A stretch of 64,000 nt of DNA from Alphaproteobacteria bacterium. GTDB taxonomy: Bacteria; Pseudomonadota; Alphaproteobacteria; SHWA01. The stretch's first letter is position 1. Each line of letters begins with the position of its first letter. Location of the stretch: contig SHWA01000002.1 of the NCBI GenBank assembly GCA_009693995.1, positions 138 through 64,137 on the forward strand, written 5' to 3'. Of the stretch, positions 55,687 to 64,000 are shown piece by piece. The notes under the pieces are model-generated. The model made no database searches. It was not told the DNA's origin and saw nothing but the letters and a program-made list of their open reading frames with translations. The position numbers and the translations under genes are program-made.

Positions 55687-57819
55687 ATGTTCAAGATCAA
55701 TCGCAAGGAAGTGATGTGGGGCGGCCGCCGCCTGGTGCTCGAGTCGGGCCGGATCGCCCGCCAGGCCGACGGCGCGGTGCTGGCCACTTACGGCGAGACC
55801 ACCGTGCTCTGCACCGTGGTGGCGGCGCGCCAGCCGCGGGTGGGGCAGGATTTTTTCCCGCTCACCGTGCACTACCAGGAAAAGGCCTTCGCCGCCGGCA
55901 AGATACCGGGCGGCTTCTTCAAGCGTGAAGGCCGCCCGAGCGAGAAGGAAACGCTGGTCTCGCGCCTGATCGACCGTCCGATCCGTCCGCTGTTCGCCGC
56001 GGGCTTCCGCAACGAGACCCAGATCATCTGCACGGTCCTGTCGCACGACCTCGAGAACGACCCCGACATCGTCGCTCTCGTCGGCGCCTCGGCGGCCCTC
56101 ACGCTCTCGGGGATTCCTTTCCTCGGGCCGATCGGCGGCGCCCGGGTCGGCTACATCAACGGTCAGTACGTGCTCAACCCGACCATGGAGCAGATGCCGG
56201 AAAGCAAGCTCGACCTGGTGGTCGCCGGCACCGTCCAGGGCGTGATGATGGTCGAGTCGGAGGCGCACGAGCTGAGCGAGGACATCATGCTCGGCGCCGT
56301 CACCTTCGGCCACCGCGAGATGCAGGCGGTGATGAACACCATCATCGCTCTGGCCGAGACCTGCGCCAAGGAGCCATGGGACGTGAAGGCGCCCGAGGAT
56401 CAGGTCGTGATCCGCACCCGCGTCGCCGAGGTCGCCGAGGCGGAGCTGAAAGCCGCCTACAGCGAAGCCGTCAAGCAGCTCCGGCAGGAGAAGGTGGACG
56501 CGGTCCGCACCAAGGTAAAGGCGGCGCTGCCCGAGGACGCGTTCAATCCGAATCTGGTCAAGGATGCCTTCAAGGCGCTGGAGAGCGACATCGTGCGCGG
56601 GCGCATCCTGGACACCGCGATCCGCATCGACAGCCGCGACTTGAAGACGGTGCGCCCGATCGTGGCCGAGGTGGGCGTGCTGCCGCGCAGCCACGGCGCC
56701 GCCCTCTTCACCCGCGGCGAGACCCAGGCGCTGGTCGTGACCACGCTGGGGACCGGCGAGGACGAGCAGATCATGGACGTGCTCGAGGGCGAATACCGCG
56801 AGCGTTTCATGCTGCACTACAACTTCCCGCCCTATTCCGTGGGCGAGTCCTCGCAGATGCGCCCGCCGGGGCGGCGCGAAATCGGCCATGGCAAGCTGGC
56901 CTGGCGCGCGATCCGGCCGCTCCTGCCCAAGAAGGAGGAGTTCCCCTACACCATCCGCGTGGTCTCCGAGATCACCGAGTCGAACGGGTCGTCGTCGATG
57001 GCGACGGTGTGCGGCGCCTCGCTCGCACTGATGGACGCGGGCGTGCCGCTGAAGCGGCCGGTGGCCGGCATCGCCATGGGCCTGATCAAGGAGGACGCGC
57101 GCTTCGCCGTGCTGTCGGACATCCTCGGCGACGAGGACCATCTCGGCGACATGGACTTCAAGGTCGCCGGCACCGAGGTCGGCATCACCTCGCTGCAGAT
57201 GGACATCAAGATCCCGAGCATCACCGAGGAGATTATGCGTGTCGCCCTCGGCCAGGCGCGGGATGGGCGACTGCATATTCTGAGTGAAATGTCCAAGGCG
57301 CTCACCGGCTCGCGCACCGAGATCAACAAGTACGCGCCGCGCATCACCACCATCACCATCCCCAAGGACCAGATCCGCGAGGTGATCGGCACCGGCGGCA
57401 AGGTGATCCGCGAGATCTGCGAGGCCACCCGCACCAAGATCGACATCGAGGACGACGGCACCATCAAGGTGGCGGCGACTGACAGCGCCGACGGCGAGGC
57501 GGCGATCAATTGGATCCGCGGCATCGTCGCCGAGCCCGAGATCGGCGTGATCTATTCGGGCAAGGTGGTGAAGGTGATGGACTTCGGCGCCTTCGTGAAC
57601 TTCATCGGCAACCGCGACGGCCTGGTGCACATCAGCGAACTGGCCCAGGGCCGGGTCAAGACGGTGACCGACGTGGTCAAGGAAGGCGACGTGATCAAGG
57701 TCAAGGTGCTGGGCATCGACGAGCGGGGCAAGGTCAAGCTCAGCATGCGGGCGGTGGACCAGGCGACCGGGGCCGACATCTCGGCGCAAGCCCGGCCCCG
57801 GGAGGGCACAGCCGAATAG
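55687..57819 (+). CDS. pnp: Polyribonucleotide nucleotidyltransferase (PNPase)
   Basis: 710 aa with two RNase PH domains, a KH domain ([11 protein letters not shown]) and an S1 domain ([15 protein letters not shown]). Confidence 0.95.
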   Translation: MFKINRKEVMWGGRRLVLESGRIARQADGAVLATYGETTVLCTVVAARQPRVGQDFFPLTVHYQEKAFAAGKIPGGFFKREGRPSEKETLVSRLIDRPIRPLFAAGFRNETQIICTVLSHDLENDPDIVALVGASAALTLSGIPFLGPIGGARVGYINGQYVLNPTMEQMPESKLDLVVAGTVQGVMMVESEAHELSEDIMLGAVTFGHREMQAVMNTIIALAETCAKEPWDVKAPEDQVVIRTRVAEVAEAELKAAYSEAVKQLRQEKVDAVRTKVKAALPEDAFNPNLVKDAFKALESDIVRGRILDTAIRIDSRDLKTVRPIVAEVGVLPRSHGAALFTRGETQALVVTTLGTGEDEQIMDVLEGEYRERFMLHYNFPPYSVGESSQMRPPGRREIGHGKLAWRAIRPLLPKKEEFPYTIRVVSEITESNGSSSMATVCGASLALMDAGVPLKRPVAGIAMGLIKEDARFAVLSDILGDEDHLGDMDFKVAGTEVGITSLQMDIKIPSITEEIMRVALGQARDGRLHILSEMSKALTGSRTEINKYAPRITTITIPKDQIREVIGTGGKVIREICEATRTKIDIEDDGTIKVAATDSADGEAAINWIRGIVAEPEIGVIYSGKVVKVMDFGAFVNFIGNRDGLVHISELAQGRVKTVTDVVKEGDVIKVKVLGIDERGKVKLSMRAVDQATGADISAQARPREGTAE

Positions 57820-57841
57820 GCGCAGGCAGCACCCGGGCGGG

Positions 57842-57862
57842 CGGGCGCCCCCTGGGCGCCCG
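57842..57862 (+). terminator. GC-rich stem-loop after pnp (CGGGCGCCC-cct-GGGCGCCCG), no U-tract
   Basis: Seen directly, 23 nt after the pnp stop. A second hairpin, GGAAGTGG-cgatt-CCACTT, follows at about 57880-57898. Confidence 0.4.
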
Positions 57863-58003
57863 GTATCCGCAGGCGGGATGGAAGTGGCGATTCCACTTGC
57901 CGATGGTTCATAATATCATGTCGGCGGGTGATGGCCGCGGCGCCCGCCGGCGACGCGGGCGGCGGAACTGCGGCGGATCGCGCAGGAACCAAGGATTGGG
58001 CGC

Positions 58004-59401
58004 GTGAAGGCACTGAATCCGATCCTGCTCTCGGGACGCGAGGTGCTGCCGCTGGTCGAAGGCGGCAAGGGCATCGCGGTCTCCAACGGCGAGAGCTCGG
58101 GCGCCTGGGCGGCCGCCGGCGGGGTCGGCACGTTCTCGGGCGTGAACGCCGACATTCGCGACGCCGATGGGGCGCTCGTGCCCGTGGTCTACCACGGCCG
58201 CACCCGGCGCGAGCGGCACGACGAACTGATCGCCTACGCCATCCGTGGCGGCATCAGCCAGGCGCGGATCGCCCACGAGACCGCGGGCGGTGACGGGCGC
58301 ATCCACATGAACGTGCTGTGGGAGATGGCGGCCGCGGTGCCGATCCTGAATGCAGTGCTGGAGGGGGCGAAGGGCCTGATCCACGGCGTCACCTGCGGCG
58401 CCGGCATGCCCTACAAGATCGCCGAGATCGCCGCCCGCTACGGGGTCTTCTACTACCCGATCGTGTCGTCGACGCGGGCGTTCCGCGCGCTCTGGAAGCG
58501 CGCCTATTTCAAGTTCGCCGAGCTGCTGGGGGGCGTGGTCTACGAGGATCCTTGGCTGGCCGGCGGCCACAACGGCATTACCAACAACGAGGATCCCCTC
58601 AAGCCGGAAGACCCCTACCCGCGGGTGACGGAACTGCGCCGCTTCATGAACGAGATGGGATTGCGCACGACGCCGATCTTCATGGCCGGCGGCGTCTGGT
58701 ACCTGCGCGACTGGGAGCGTTGGATCGACAATCCGGAGGTCGGGCCGGTCGCGTTCCAGTTTGGCACCCGCCCCCTCCTCACCCAGGAAAGCCCGATCTC
58801 GACCGAATGGAAGCAGCGGCTGCTCGCCCTGAAGGCGGGCGACGTGCACCTGAACCGGTTCAGCCCGACCGGCTTCTGGTCGTCGGCGGTACACAACGCC
58901 TATATCCAGGACCTGGTGGAGCGCTCCGAACGCCAGGTCGCCTATACCAACGAGCCGGTCGGCCAGCACGGAACCGCGTTCCCGGTCGGCGCCCGGCGCC
59001 GCACCGTATTCCTGACGCCCGAGGACGCAGGCCGCGCGCAAGGTTGGGTAGACCAGGGATTCACCGAGGCGCTCAAGACCCCGGATTCCACTGTCGTCTT
59101 CGTCACCCCCGCCATGCGCGACGAGATCCGCCGCGACCAGATCGAGTGCATGGGGTGCCTGTCGGCTTGCAACTTCAGCAACTGGGCGGCGAACGAGAAA
59201 GGGACCACCGGGCGCAAGACCGACCCGCGCAGCTACTGCATCCAGAAGACGCTGCAGGAGATCGCCCATGGCGGCGATGTCGACACCCAGCTCATGTTCG
59301 CCGGCCACGGCGCCTACCAGTTCGCCACCGACCCCTTCTATCGCAACGGCTTCATCCCGAACGTCAGGCAGTTGATCAACCGCCTGCTAACCGGCGACTG
59401 A
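58004..59401 (+). CDS. Nitronate monooxygenase (2-nitropropane dioxygenase)-family flavoprotein
   Basis: 465-aa GTG-initiated ORF. TIM-barrel NMO-like motifs (GGKGIAVSNGE, GVTCGAGMP, FMAGGV). Specific function unknown. Confidence 0.6.
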   Translation: MKALNPILLSGREVLPLVEGGKGIAVSNGESSGAWAAAGGVGTFSGVNADIRDADGALVPVVYHGRTRRERHDELIAYAIRGGISQARIAHETAGGDGRIHMNVLWEMAAAVPILNAVLEGAKGLIHGVTCGAGMPYKIAEIAARYGVFYYPIVSSTRAFRALWKRAYFKFAELLGGVVYEDPWLAGGHNGITNNEDPLKPEDPYPRVTELRRFMNEMGLRTTPIFMAGGVWYLRDWERWIDNPEVGPVAFQFGTRPLLTQESPISTEWKQRLLALKAGDVHLNRFSPTGFWSSAVHNAYIQDLVERSERQVAYTNEPVGQHGTAFPVGARRRTVFLTPEDAGRAQGWVDQGFTEALKTPDSTVVFVTPAMRDEIRRDQIECMGCLSACNFSNWAANEKGTTGRKTDPRSYCIQKTLQEIAHGGDVDTQLMFAGHGAYQFATDPFYRNGFIPNVRQLINRLLTGD

Positions 59402-59432
59402 GGCCGGCTTCCCTTATGCCGCGCGCCGCACC

Positions 59433-59864
59433 ATGTCTCAAGCCATGACCGGACGGCCAAGCAACGCGGCGAGCGAGCGGCTGCGGCAGGCGGGGCTGCG
59501 CCCGACCCGGCAGCGGCTCGCGCTCGCCGGCCTCCTGTTCGACGGCGGCGATCGCCATGTGACGGCGGAGACGCTGCACCGCGAGGCGATCGGCACGCAC
59601 GTGCGCGTCTCGCTGGCGACCGTCTACAACGCCTTGCACCAGTTCACCAAGGCGGGCCTGCTGCGCGAAGTGGTGGTCGATGCCGGGCGCGCCTACTTCG
59701 ACACCAACACGCGCCATCACCACCACTTTTTCGTCGAACACGACGGCGCGCTCAGCGACATCGCTGCCGGCGGCGTCGAGGTCAGCCGCCTACCCGCTCC
59801 CCCCGCCGGCACCGAGGTCGAGCGGGTGGACGTGGTGGTGCGCATCCGCCGCCGGCAGGGTTGA
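59433..59864 (+). CDS. irr: Fur-family iron response regulator Irr
   Basis: Fur-family wHTH (GLRPTRQRLALAGLLF...HVTAETL) and the TNTRHHHHFF histidine cluster, matching the HHH motif known from Bradyrhizobium Irr. Confidence 0.8.
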   Translation: MSQAMTGRPSNAASERLRQAGLRPTRQRLALAGLLFDGGDRHVTAETLHREAIGTHVRVSLATVYNALHQFTKAGLLREVVVDAGRAYFDTNTRHHHHFFVEHDGALSDIAAGGVEVSRLPAPPAGTEVERVDVVVRIRRRQG

Positions 59865-59889
59865 TTCGGCGGCGCACGAAATTCCCTAA

Positions 59890-59904
59890 TTAGAATAATT
59901 CTAA
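59890..59904. promoter_or_regulatory. Iron control element (ICE)-like palindrome TTAGAA-taa-TTCTAA
   Basis: Perfect 6-3-6 inverted repeat in an A/T-rich patch, 5 nt upstream of a TTGACA hexamer (59909-59914). It lies between irr and the rubrerythrin gene and fits the published Irr-binding ICE core TTTAGAA-N3-TTCTAAA. Confidence 0.6.
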
Positions 59905-60043
59905 TCTATTGACATCCCCGCCCCGCGACCCCATTGTCTGGGATGACGCGGCGCCAGAGCGGGGAATTGCAACACCCTTTGGACACCGCGCAAACCCAAT
60001 TCGTCGCAGTCACCCAATGGCGCAAATTGCAGAGGAGGCATCC

Positions 60044-60466
60044 ATGCCAGCATTGAAGGGATCCAAGACCGAAGGCAACCTGAAGGACGCGTTCGGGGGC
60101 GAGTCCCAGGCCAACCGGCGCTATCTCTATTTCGCGCAGAAGGCGGACGTGGAGGGCTACAACGACGTGGCCGCCGTGTTCCGCTCCACCGCCGAAGGCG
60201 AGACCGGCCACGCTCACGGCCACCTCGAGTTCCTGGAGGAAGTCGGCGACCCAGCTACGGGCAAGCCGATCGGCGGCACCAAGAAGAACCTGGGCGCCGC
60301 GATCGCCGGTGAGACCCACGAGTACACCGACATGTATCCGGGCATGGCGCGGACCGCGCGCCAAGAAGGTTTCGACGAGATCGCCGACTGGTTCGAGACC
60401 CTGGCCAAGGCCGAGAAGAGCCACGCGGGCCGCTTCCAAAAGGCCCTCGACAGCCTCGACAGCTAG
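60044..60466 (+). CDS. Rubrerythrin-family diiron protein (no rubredoxin domain)
   Basis: ATG 60044 follows GAGGAGG. 140 aa starting [28 protein letters not shown], with E..H diiron ligand motifs ([20 protein letters not shown]...EKSH). Confidence 0.85.
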   Translation: MPALKGSKTEGNLKDAFGGESQANRRYLYFAQKADVEGYNDVAAVFRSTAEGETGHAHGHLEFLEEVGDPATGKPIGGTKKNLGAAIAGETHEYTDMYPGMARTARQEGFDEIADWFETLAKAEKSHAGRFQKALDSLDS

Positions 60467-60502
60467 TATCTGCTACCACAGGAGCATGAGTCGGGCTTAA
60501 TC

Positions 60503-60547
60503 CTTCGACAGGCTCAGGATGAGCCCCTCATGCTGAGCTCGTCGAAG
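60503..60547. repeat. Inverted-repeat element CTTCGACAGGCTCAGGATGAG-ccc-CTCATGCTGAGCTCGTCGAAG
   Basis: Arms are 21 nt, complementary at 18 of 21 positions. It resembles the dispersed hairpin repeat family of many alphaproteobacterial genomes that reads FDRLRM / LSLSKH in translation. It lies 37 nt after the rubrerythrin stop. Confidence 0.6.
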
Positions 60548-60702
60548 CATGCGGGCCGGCGCAGTCGTGTTCAAGCTGAACGGACTCCGCTCCAGCTTGG
60601 TTCGTCAGCAGACCAAGCGCGGCCCGGCATAACCAACCGGGACGGGAGGGGCCGGCGTGGCCCCCTCCGCTCCCACCCACGATCCAAAGGCAGGAGCGAT
60701 CT

Positions 60703-62064
60703 TTGCGCGAAGGCAGCCTGGGGGCGCCGACCCGTCATGCGCTGGCATGGCGCGACGCCGACTTCTACGACCCGGCCAAACTGGAAGCCGAGATGCGGCG
60801 GGTGTTCGATATCTGCCACGGCTGCCGGCGCTGCTTCAATCTGTGCGATTCGTTCCCGCGCCTGTTCGACCTGATCGACCAGTCGTCGACCGGCGAGCTG
60901 GACGGCGTGGCAACCAAGGACTTCAAGGCGGTGGTGGACGCCTGCACGCTCTGCGACATGTGCTTCATGACCAAGTGCCCCTATGTGCCGCCGCACGAGT
61001 TCAACCTGGACTTCCCGCACTTGATGCTGCGCGCGCGCGGGGTCTCCTGGAAACAGGGCGAGGTCCCGTTCACCGACCGCGAGCTGGTGCGGACCGACCG
61101 CAACGGATCCCTGGCGACCATGGTCGCTCCCCTGGCCAATTGGGCGACCTCGACCCACAACACGCTGACCCGGTCGCTGCTGGAGCGCCTCGCCGGCGTC
61201 GACCGCCGCGCGCACCTGCCGGAATACGCCGGCAAGACGTTCCTCAGCCGCGCCAAGGCGGCCCCCCCGGCAGTCGATCCCGCCGGCCCGGCAACGGGGC
61301 GCAAGGCAGTGCTCTTCGCCACCTGCGTCGTCAACTACAACCAGCCCGACATCGGCATGGCCGCGCTCCAGGTCCTGGCCCGGTTCGGGGTCGCCGCCGA
61401 GGTGGTCTACCCCGGCTGCTGCGGCATGCCACAGCTCGAGCAGGGCAATGTCGCCGACGTCGCCGACCGCGCGCGTACCACCGCCCAGGCCCTCGCGCCC
61501 TTCATCGAGCAGGGCTATGACGTGGTCTCCCTCACCCCCTCCTGCTCGCTGATGGCCAAGTCCGAGTGGCCGCTGCTCGAGCCCGAGGATGCGGACGTGT
61601 TGCGGCTCTCCAGGGCCGTCTTCGACATCGACGAGTACATCGTGGAGTTGGCCCGCAAGCATGGACTTCCCGCGGGACTCGGCGGGCTCGACGGCGGTGT
61701 CACCGTGCACCTCGCCTGCCATGCCCGCGCCCTCAATGTCGGCCCCAAGGCGGCGGAGCTACTGCGCCTGATCCCGGGCGCCGATATCGCGGTGATCGAG
61801 CGCTGCTCGGGCCATGGCGGCTCCTGGGGCGTGAAGGTCGGCAACTTCGACGTGGCACTGAAAGTGGGCAAGCCGGTCGCCCGCCAGGCGGTTCGGGCCG
61901 CCAAGCGCTACGTCGCCTCGGAATGCCCGCTCGCCGCCCAGCACATCGCCCAAGGCATGGCGCTCCTCGCCGAAGACGGCGCCCCGCCACCCCGCACCCA
62001 CCACCCGATCGAACTCTTCGCCCGCGCGCTTCTGCCTCGCGCCGAGGGGTCGGAGACCCCATGA
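60703..62064 (+). CDS. (Fe-S)-binding CCG-domain oxidoreductase (HdrD/GlpC-like)
   Basis: TTG start 6 nt after AGGAG. Two 4Fe-4S-like motifs (CHGCRRCFNLC, CTLCDMCFMTKCP) and two CCG-type Cys-rich domains (PGCCGMP, PSCS, CSGHGG). Confidence 0.75.
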   Translation: MREGSLGAPTRHALAWRDADFYDPAKLEAEMRRVFDICHGCRRCFNLCDSFPRLFDLIDQSSTGELDGVATKDFKAVVDACTLCDMCFMTKCPYVPPHEFNLDFPHLMLRARGVSWKQGEVPFTDRELVRTDRNGSLATMVAPLANWATSTHNTLTRSLLERLAGVDRRAHLPEYAGKTFLSRAKAAPPAVDPAGPATGRKAVLFATCVVNYNQPDIGMAALQVLARFGVAAEVVYPGCCGMPQLEQGNVADVADRARTTAQALAPFIEQGYDVVSLTPSCSLMAKSEWPLLEPEDADVLRLSRAVFDIDEYIVELARKHGLPAGLGGLDGGVTVHLACHARALNVGPKAAELLRLIPGADIAVIERCSGHGGSWGVKVGNFDVALKVGKPVARQAVRAAKRYVASECPLAAQHIAQGMALLAEDGAPPPRTHHPIELFARALLPRAEGSETP

Positions 62065-62651
62065 CCCCGCGCCGCGTCATCACCCGCGCCGACCTCCTGC
62101 CGCTCGCAGAGTACGCTGCCGAGCGCAAGGCGCGCCGTGCCGCCATCGCCCGGCTCAAGCGCGACCGCCGGGTCGAGGTCGGCCCGCACGCCACCTTCCA
62201 CTTCGAGAGCTACGAGACCATGTGGATGCAGGTGCACGAGATGCTGCTGATCGAGAAGGGCGGCGAGGCGCAGATCGCGGACGAGCTCGCGGCCTACAAC
62301 CCCCTCATCCCCCAGGGCAGCGAGCTGATTGCGACCTTCATGCTCGAGATCGACGACCCCGTGCGCCGCGCCAGAGTCCTTGCCGGCCTCGGCGGCATCG
62401 AACAGACCATCACGCTCTCCATCGACGGCCAGGTGGTGCAGGCGGTGCAGGCGGACGATGCCGAGCGCACCACCGAGGAGGGCAAGGCCTCCGCCATCCA
62501 CTTCCTGCGCTTCCCGTTCACGGGCATGGCGGCGCAGGCGTTCCGCGCGCCGAAGGGCCCGGTCGTCCTCGGCATCAGTCACCCTGGCTACGGCCATCTG
62601 GCGCTGCTTCCCGAGCCCGTGCGCCAGGCCCTCGCCAAGGACCTGGACTGA
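62061..62651 (+). CDS. DUF3501-family protein
   Basis: 196 aa. The ATG overlaps the upstream stop (ATGA). VEVGPHATFHFESYETMWMQVHEMLLIEKG is typical of DUF3501, which commonly follows rubrerythrin and Fe-S oxidoreductase genes. Confidence 0.65.
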   Translation: MTPRRVITRADLLPLAEYAAERKARRAAIARLKRDRRVEVGPHATFHFESYETMWMQVHEMLLIEKGGEAQIADELAAYNPLIPQGSELIATFMLEIDDPVRRARVLAGLGGIEQTITLSIDGQVVQAVQADDAERTTEEGKASAIHFLRFPFTGMAAQAFRAPKGPVVLGISHPGYGHLALLPEPVRQALAKDLD

Positions 62652-62684
62652 GGAACGGGTGCGGGCGCAGCGCATGAGGGGACG

Positions 62685-63446
62685 GTGAACGGCGATCTGG
62701 CGGACTGGCGGCGGGATCTCGGGACGGCGGCGGCGTTTCTGACCCGCCTGCCGATCGCGGCGGAGCCACGGCCGCTCAGCCCCGCCATGCGCGCCTTCCC
62801 CCTGGTCGGCGCGGCGATCGGCCTTGGCGGCGGCGTCCTCTACGCGCTCCTGCTCGCATGGGGCCTGCCGCCCTTGGTCGCGGCTACCGTCACGCTCGGC
62901 GCGGTGGTGCTGGTGACCGGCGCCCTGCACGAGGACGGCCTGGCGGATGCCGCCGATGGCCTCGGCGGCGGCGATCCGGCGCGGCGCCTGGCCCTCATGC
63001 GCGACTCGCGGATCGGCGCCTTCGGGGTGATCGCGCTCACCCTCTCGCTCCTCGCCCGCGTCGCGGCGGTGGCGGCGCTCGGCGGCGGCGAGGCCATCGC
63101 CGCCTGGGTGGCGGCGGCGGCGCTTTCGCGCGCGGTCTTTCCCCTGATGATGATCACCACCCGACCGGCGCGGAGCGATGGCGCCGGCGCCGGCGCCGGC
63201 CGGCCGACGGAGGGCGTGCTGGCGACTGCCGGCGCGCTCGCCTATCTCCTCGCCGCCCTCGCCGTCGGGCCGTGGGACGCACTATTGCTGCTGCTGGCGG
63301 CCGCGGCGGCCGCAGGCCTGGTCGCCGTGGCTGCACACCGCCGCATCGGCGGCTACACCGGCGACGTGCTCGGCGCCGGCCAGCAGGCGGCGGAAGTGGC
63401 GGTTCTCGCCCTCGCCGCCGCGCTGGCCCAAGGGGCGGCGGCATGA
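62685..63446 (+). CDS. cobV: Adenosylcobinamide-GDP ribazoletransferase (cobalamin 5'-phosphate synthase; CobV, also called CobS in Salmonella nomenclature)
   Basis: 253-aa multi-TM ORF with FLTRLP and TGALHEDGLADAADGLGGG. Confidence 0.85.
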   Translation: MNGDLADWRRDLGTAAAFLTRLPIAAEPRPLSPAMRAFPLVGAAIGLGGGVLYALLLAWGLPPLVAATVTLGAVVLVTGALHEDGLADAADGLGGGDPARRLALMRDSRIGAFGVIALTLSLLARVAAVAALGGGEAIAAWVAAAALSRAVFPLMMITTRPARSDGAGAGAGRPTEGVLATAGALAYLLAALAVGPWDALLLLLAAAAAAGLVAVAAHRRIGGYTGDVLGAGQQAAEVAVLALAAALAQGAAA

Positions 63447-64000
63447 CGACCGTGACGCGCTGGTGGTGGGTGCGGCATGCGCCGGTGATCAATCCCTCCG
63501 GCGCCCTCTACGGTGCGAGCGAGGTGCCGGCCGATGTCAGCGACCGGGTCGCCTTCTCCCGTCTCGCCGGACTCCTGCCGCAAGGTGCGGTCTGGCTGAC
63601 CAGCCACCTGTCGCGCGCCCGGGCCACGGCGGCGGCGATCCAGGACGCTGGCTTGGCGGGCCACGACCCGCACGTCGAGGAGCGCATCGGCGAGCAGTCG
63701 TTTGGCGCTTGGCACGGGCGCCAGCACGCCGAGATCGCCCACGAGATGCAGGATGGCCACCGCTTCTGGGTGTCGCCGGCGGCCCATGTGCCGCCCGAGG
63801 GCGAGAGCTTCGCCCAGGTGATCGGGCGGGTCGAGGATGCGGTCCGGCACTGGACCGCGGCGCACGCGGGGCGCGACATCATCGCGGTCTCCCATGGCGG
63901 CCCGATCCGGGCGGCGCTCGCCCTGGCGCTCGGCATCGACCCGGACCGCGCGCTTTCGTTCGTGGTCGAGAACCTGTCGGTCACACGCATCGACCACGTC
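63443..64000 (+). CDS. cobC: Alpha-ribazole phosphatase / histidine phosphatase family (partial; 3' end beyond the window)
   Basis: The ATG overlaps the cobV stop (ATGA). The frame stays open to the window end. WWWVRHAP (the RHG-type motif) and AVSHGGPIRA are present. It is absent from the ORF track because no stop is reached. Confidence 0.7.
   Translation, partial: MTTVTRWWWVRHAPVINPSGALYGASEVPADVSDRVAFSRLAGLLPQGAVWLTSHLSRARATAAAIQDAGLAGHDPHVEERIGEQSFGAWHGRQHAEIAHEMQDGHRFWVSPAAHVPPEGESFAQVIGRVEDAVRHWTAAHAGRDIIAVSHGGPIRAALALALGIDPDRALSFVVENLSVTRIDHV

Noticed and set aside
62652-62684. Cobalamin riboswitch upstream of cobV/cobC, and likewise upstream of cobS at 710-876.
   Set aside because: The 33-nt gap is far too short for a riboswitch. 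The 167-nt region before cobS shows no B12-box-like conserved core that I could identify.
1-64000. Scan for CRISPR arrays, rRNA or tRNA genes, IS elements, integrases and toxin-antitoxin pairs.
   Set aside because: I saw no regularly spaced direct repeats and no cloverleaf-compatible sequence in the intergenic gaps (45739-45936, 48372-48526, 55476-55686, 57820-58003). No DDE or tyrosine-recombinase motif appears in any ORF. A by-eye tRNA search is imperfect and should be confirmed with tRNAscan/Aragorn.

Overview
This is a high-GC chromosomal segment that looks alphaproteobacterial, judged by gene content, synteny and repeat families. All calls rest on by-eye motif reading of the supplied ORF translations and the DNA; no searches were run.

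Most of the window is conserved core:
- Aerobic cobaltochelatase cobS/cobT, preceded by a J-domain gene.
- An FprA-like NADPH:ferredoxin reductase next to korAB.
- xseA, purD, lnt and metK-trmB.
- The rimP-nusA-ylxR-infB-rbfA-truB-rpsO-pnp block.
- irr, a rubrerythrin, an Fe-S protein and a DUF3501 protein.
- cobV and cobC at the right edge (cobC runs off the window).

Accessory or decayed parts:
1. **Tad/Cpa pilus remnant (3.9-6.0 kb).** cpaA is a pseudogene, cpaB is intact, and an in-frame chimera joins the CpaC N-terminus to the TadC C-terminus.
2. **Catabolic block (13-33 kb).** It holds an orphan CoxL-like molybdopterin subunit, iclR-hyuA-hyuB-hyuB', a Liv-type ABC importer, and a minus-strand acyl-CoA operon with a damaged LysR gene.
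3. **A/T-richer insert (about 33.8-36.85 kb).** It carries two methyltransferases and no mobility gene. A 54-bp direct repeat brackets one of the methyltransferase genes.
4. **Bufferin-type RiPP locus (36.8-39.6 kb), directly abutting the insert.** A DUF2282 precursor gene sits here with its DUF692/MNIO maturase cut off after about 32 codons. Upstream is an unusual DoxX-DoxX-NDH-2 fusion gene. This is the most interesting candidate in the window.

I saw no rRNA, tRNA, CRISPR array, transposase or integrase. The many long antisense ORFs in the track are high-GC artefacts.
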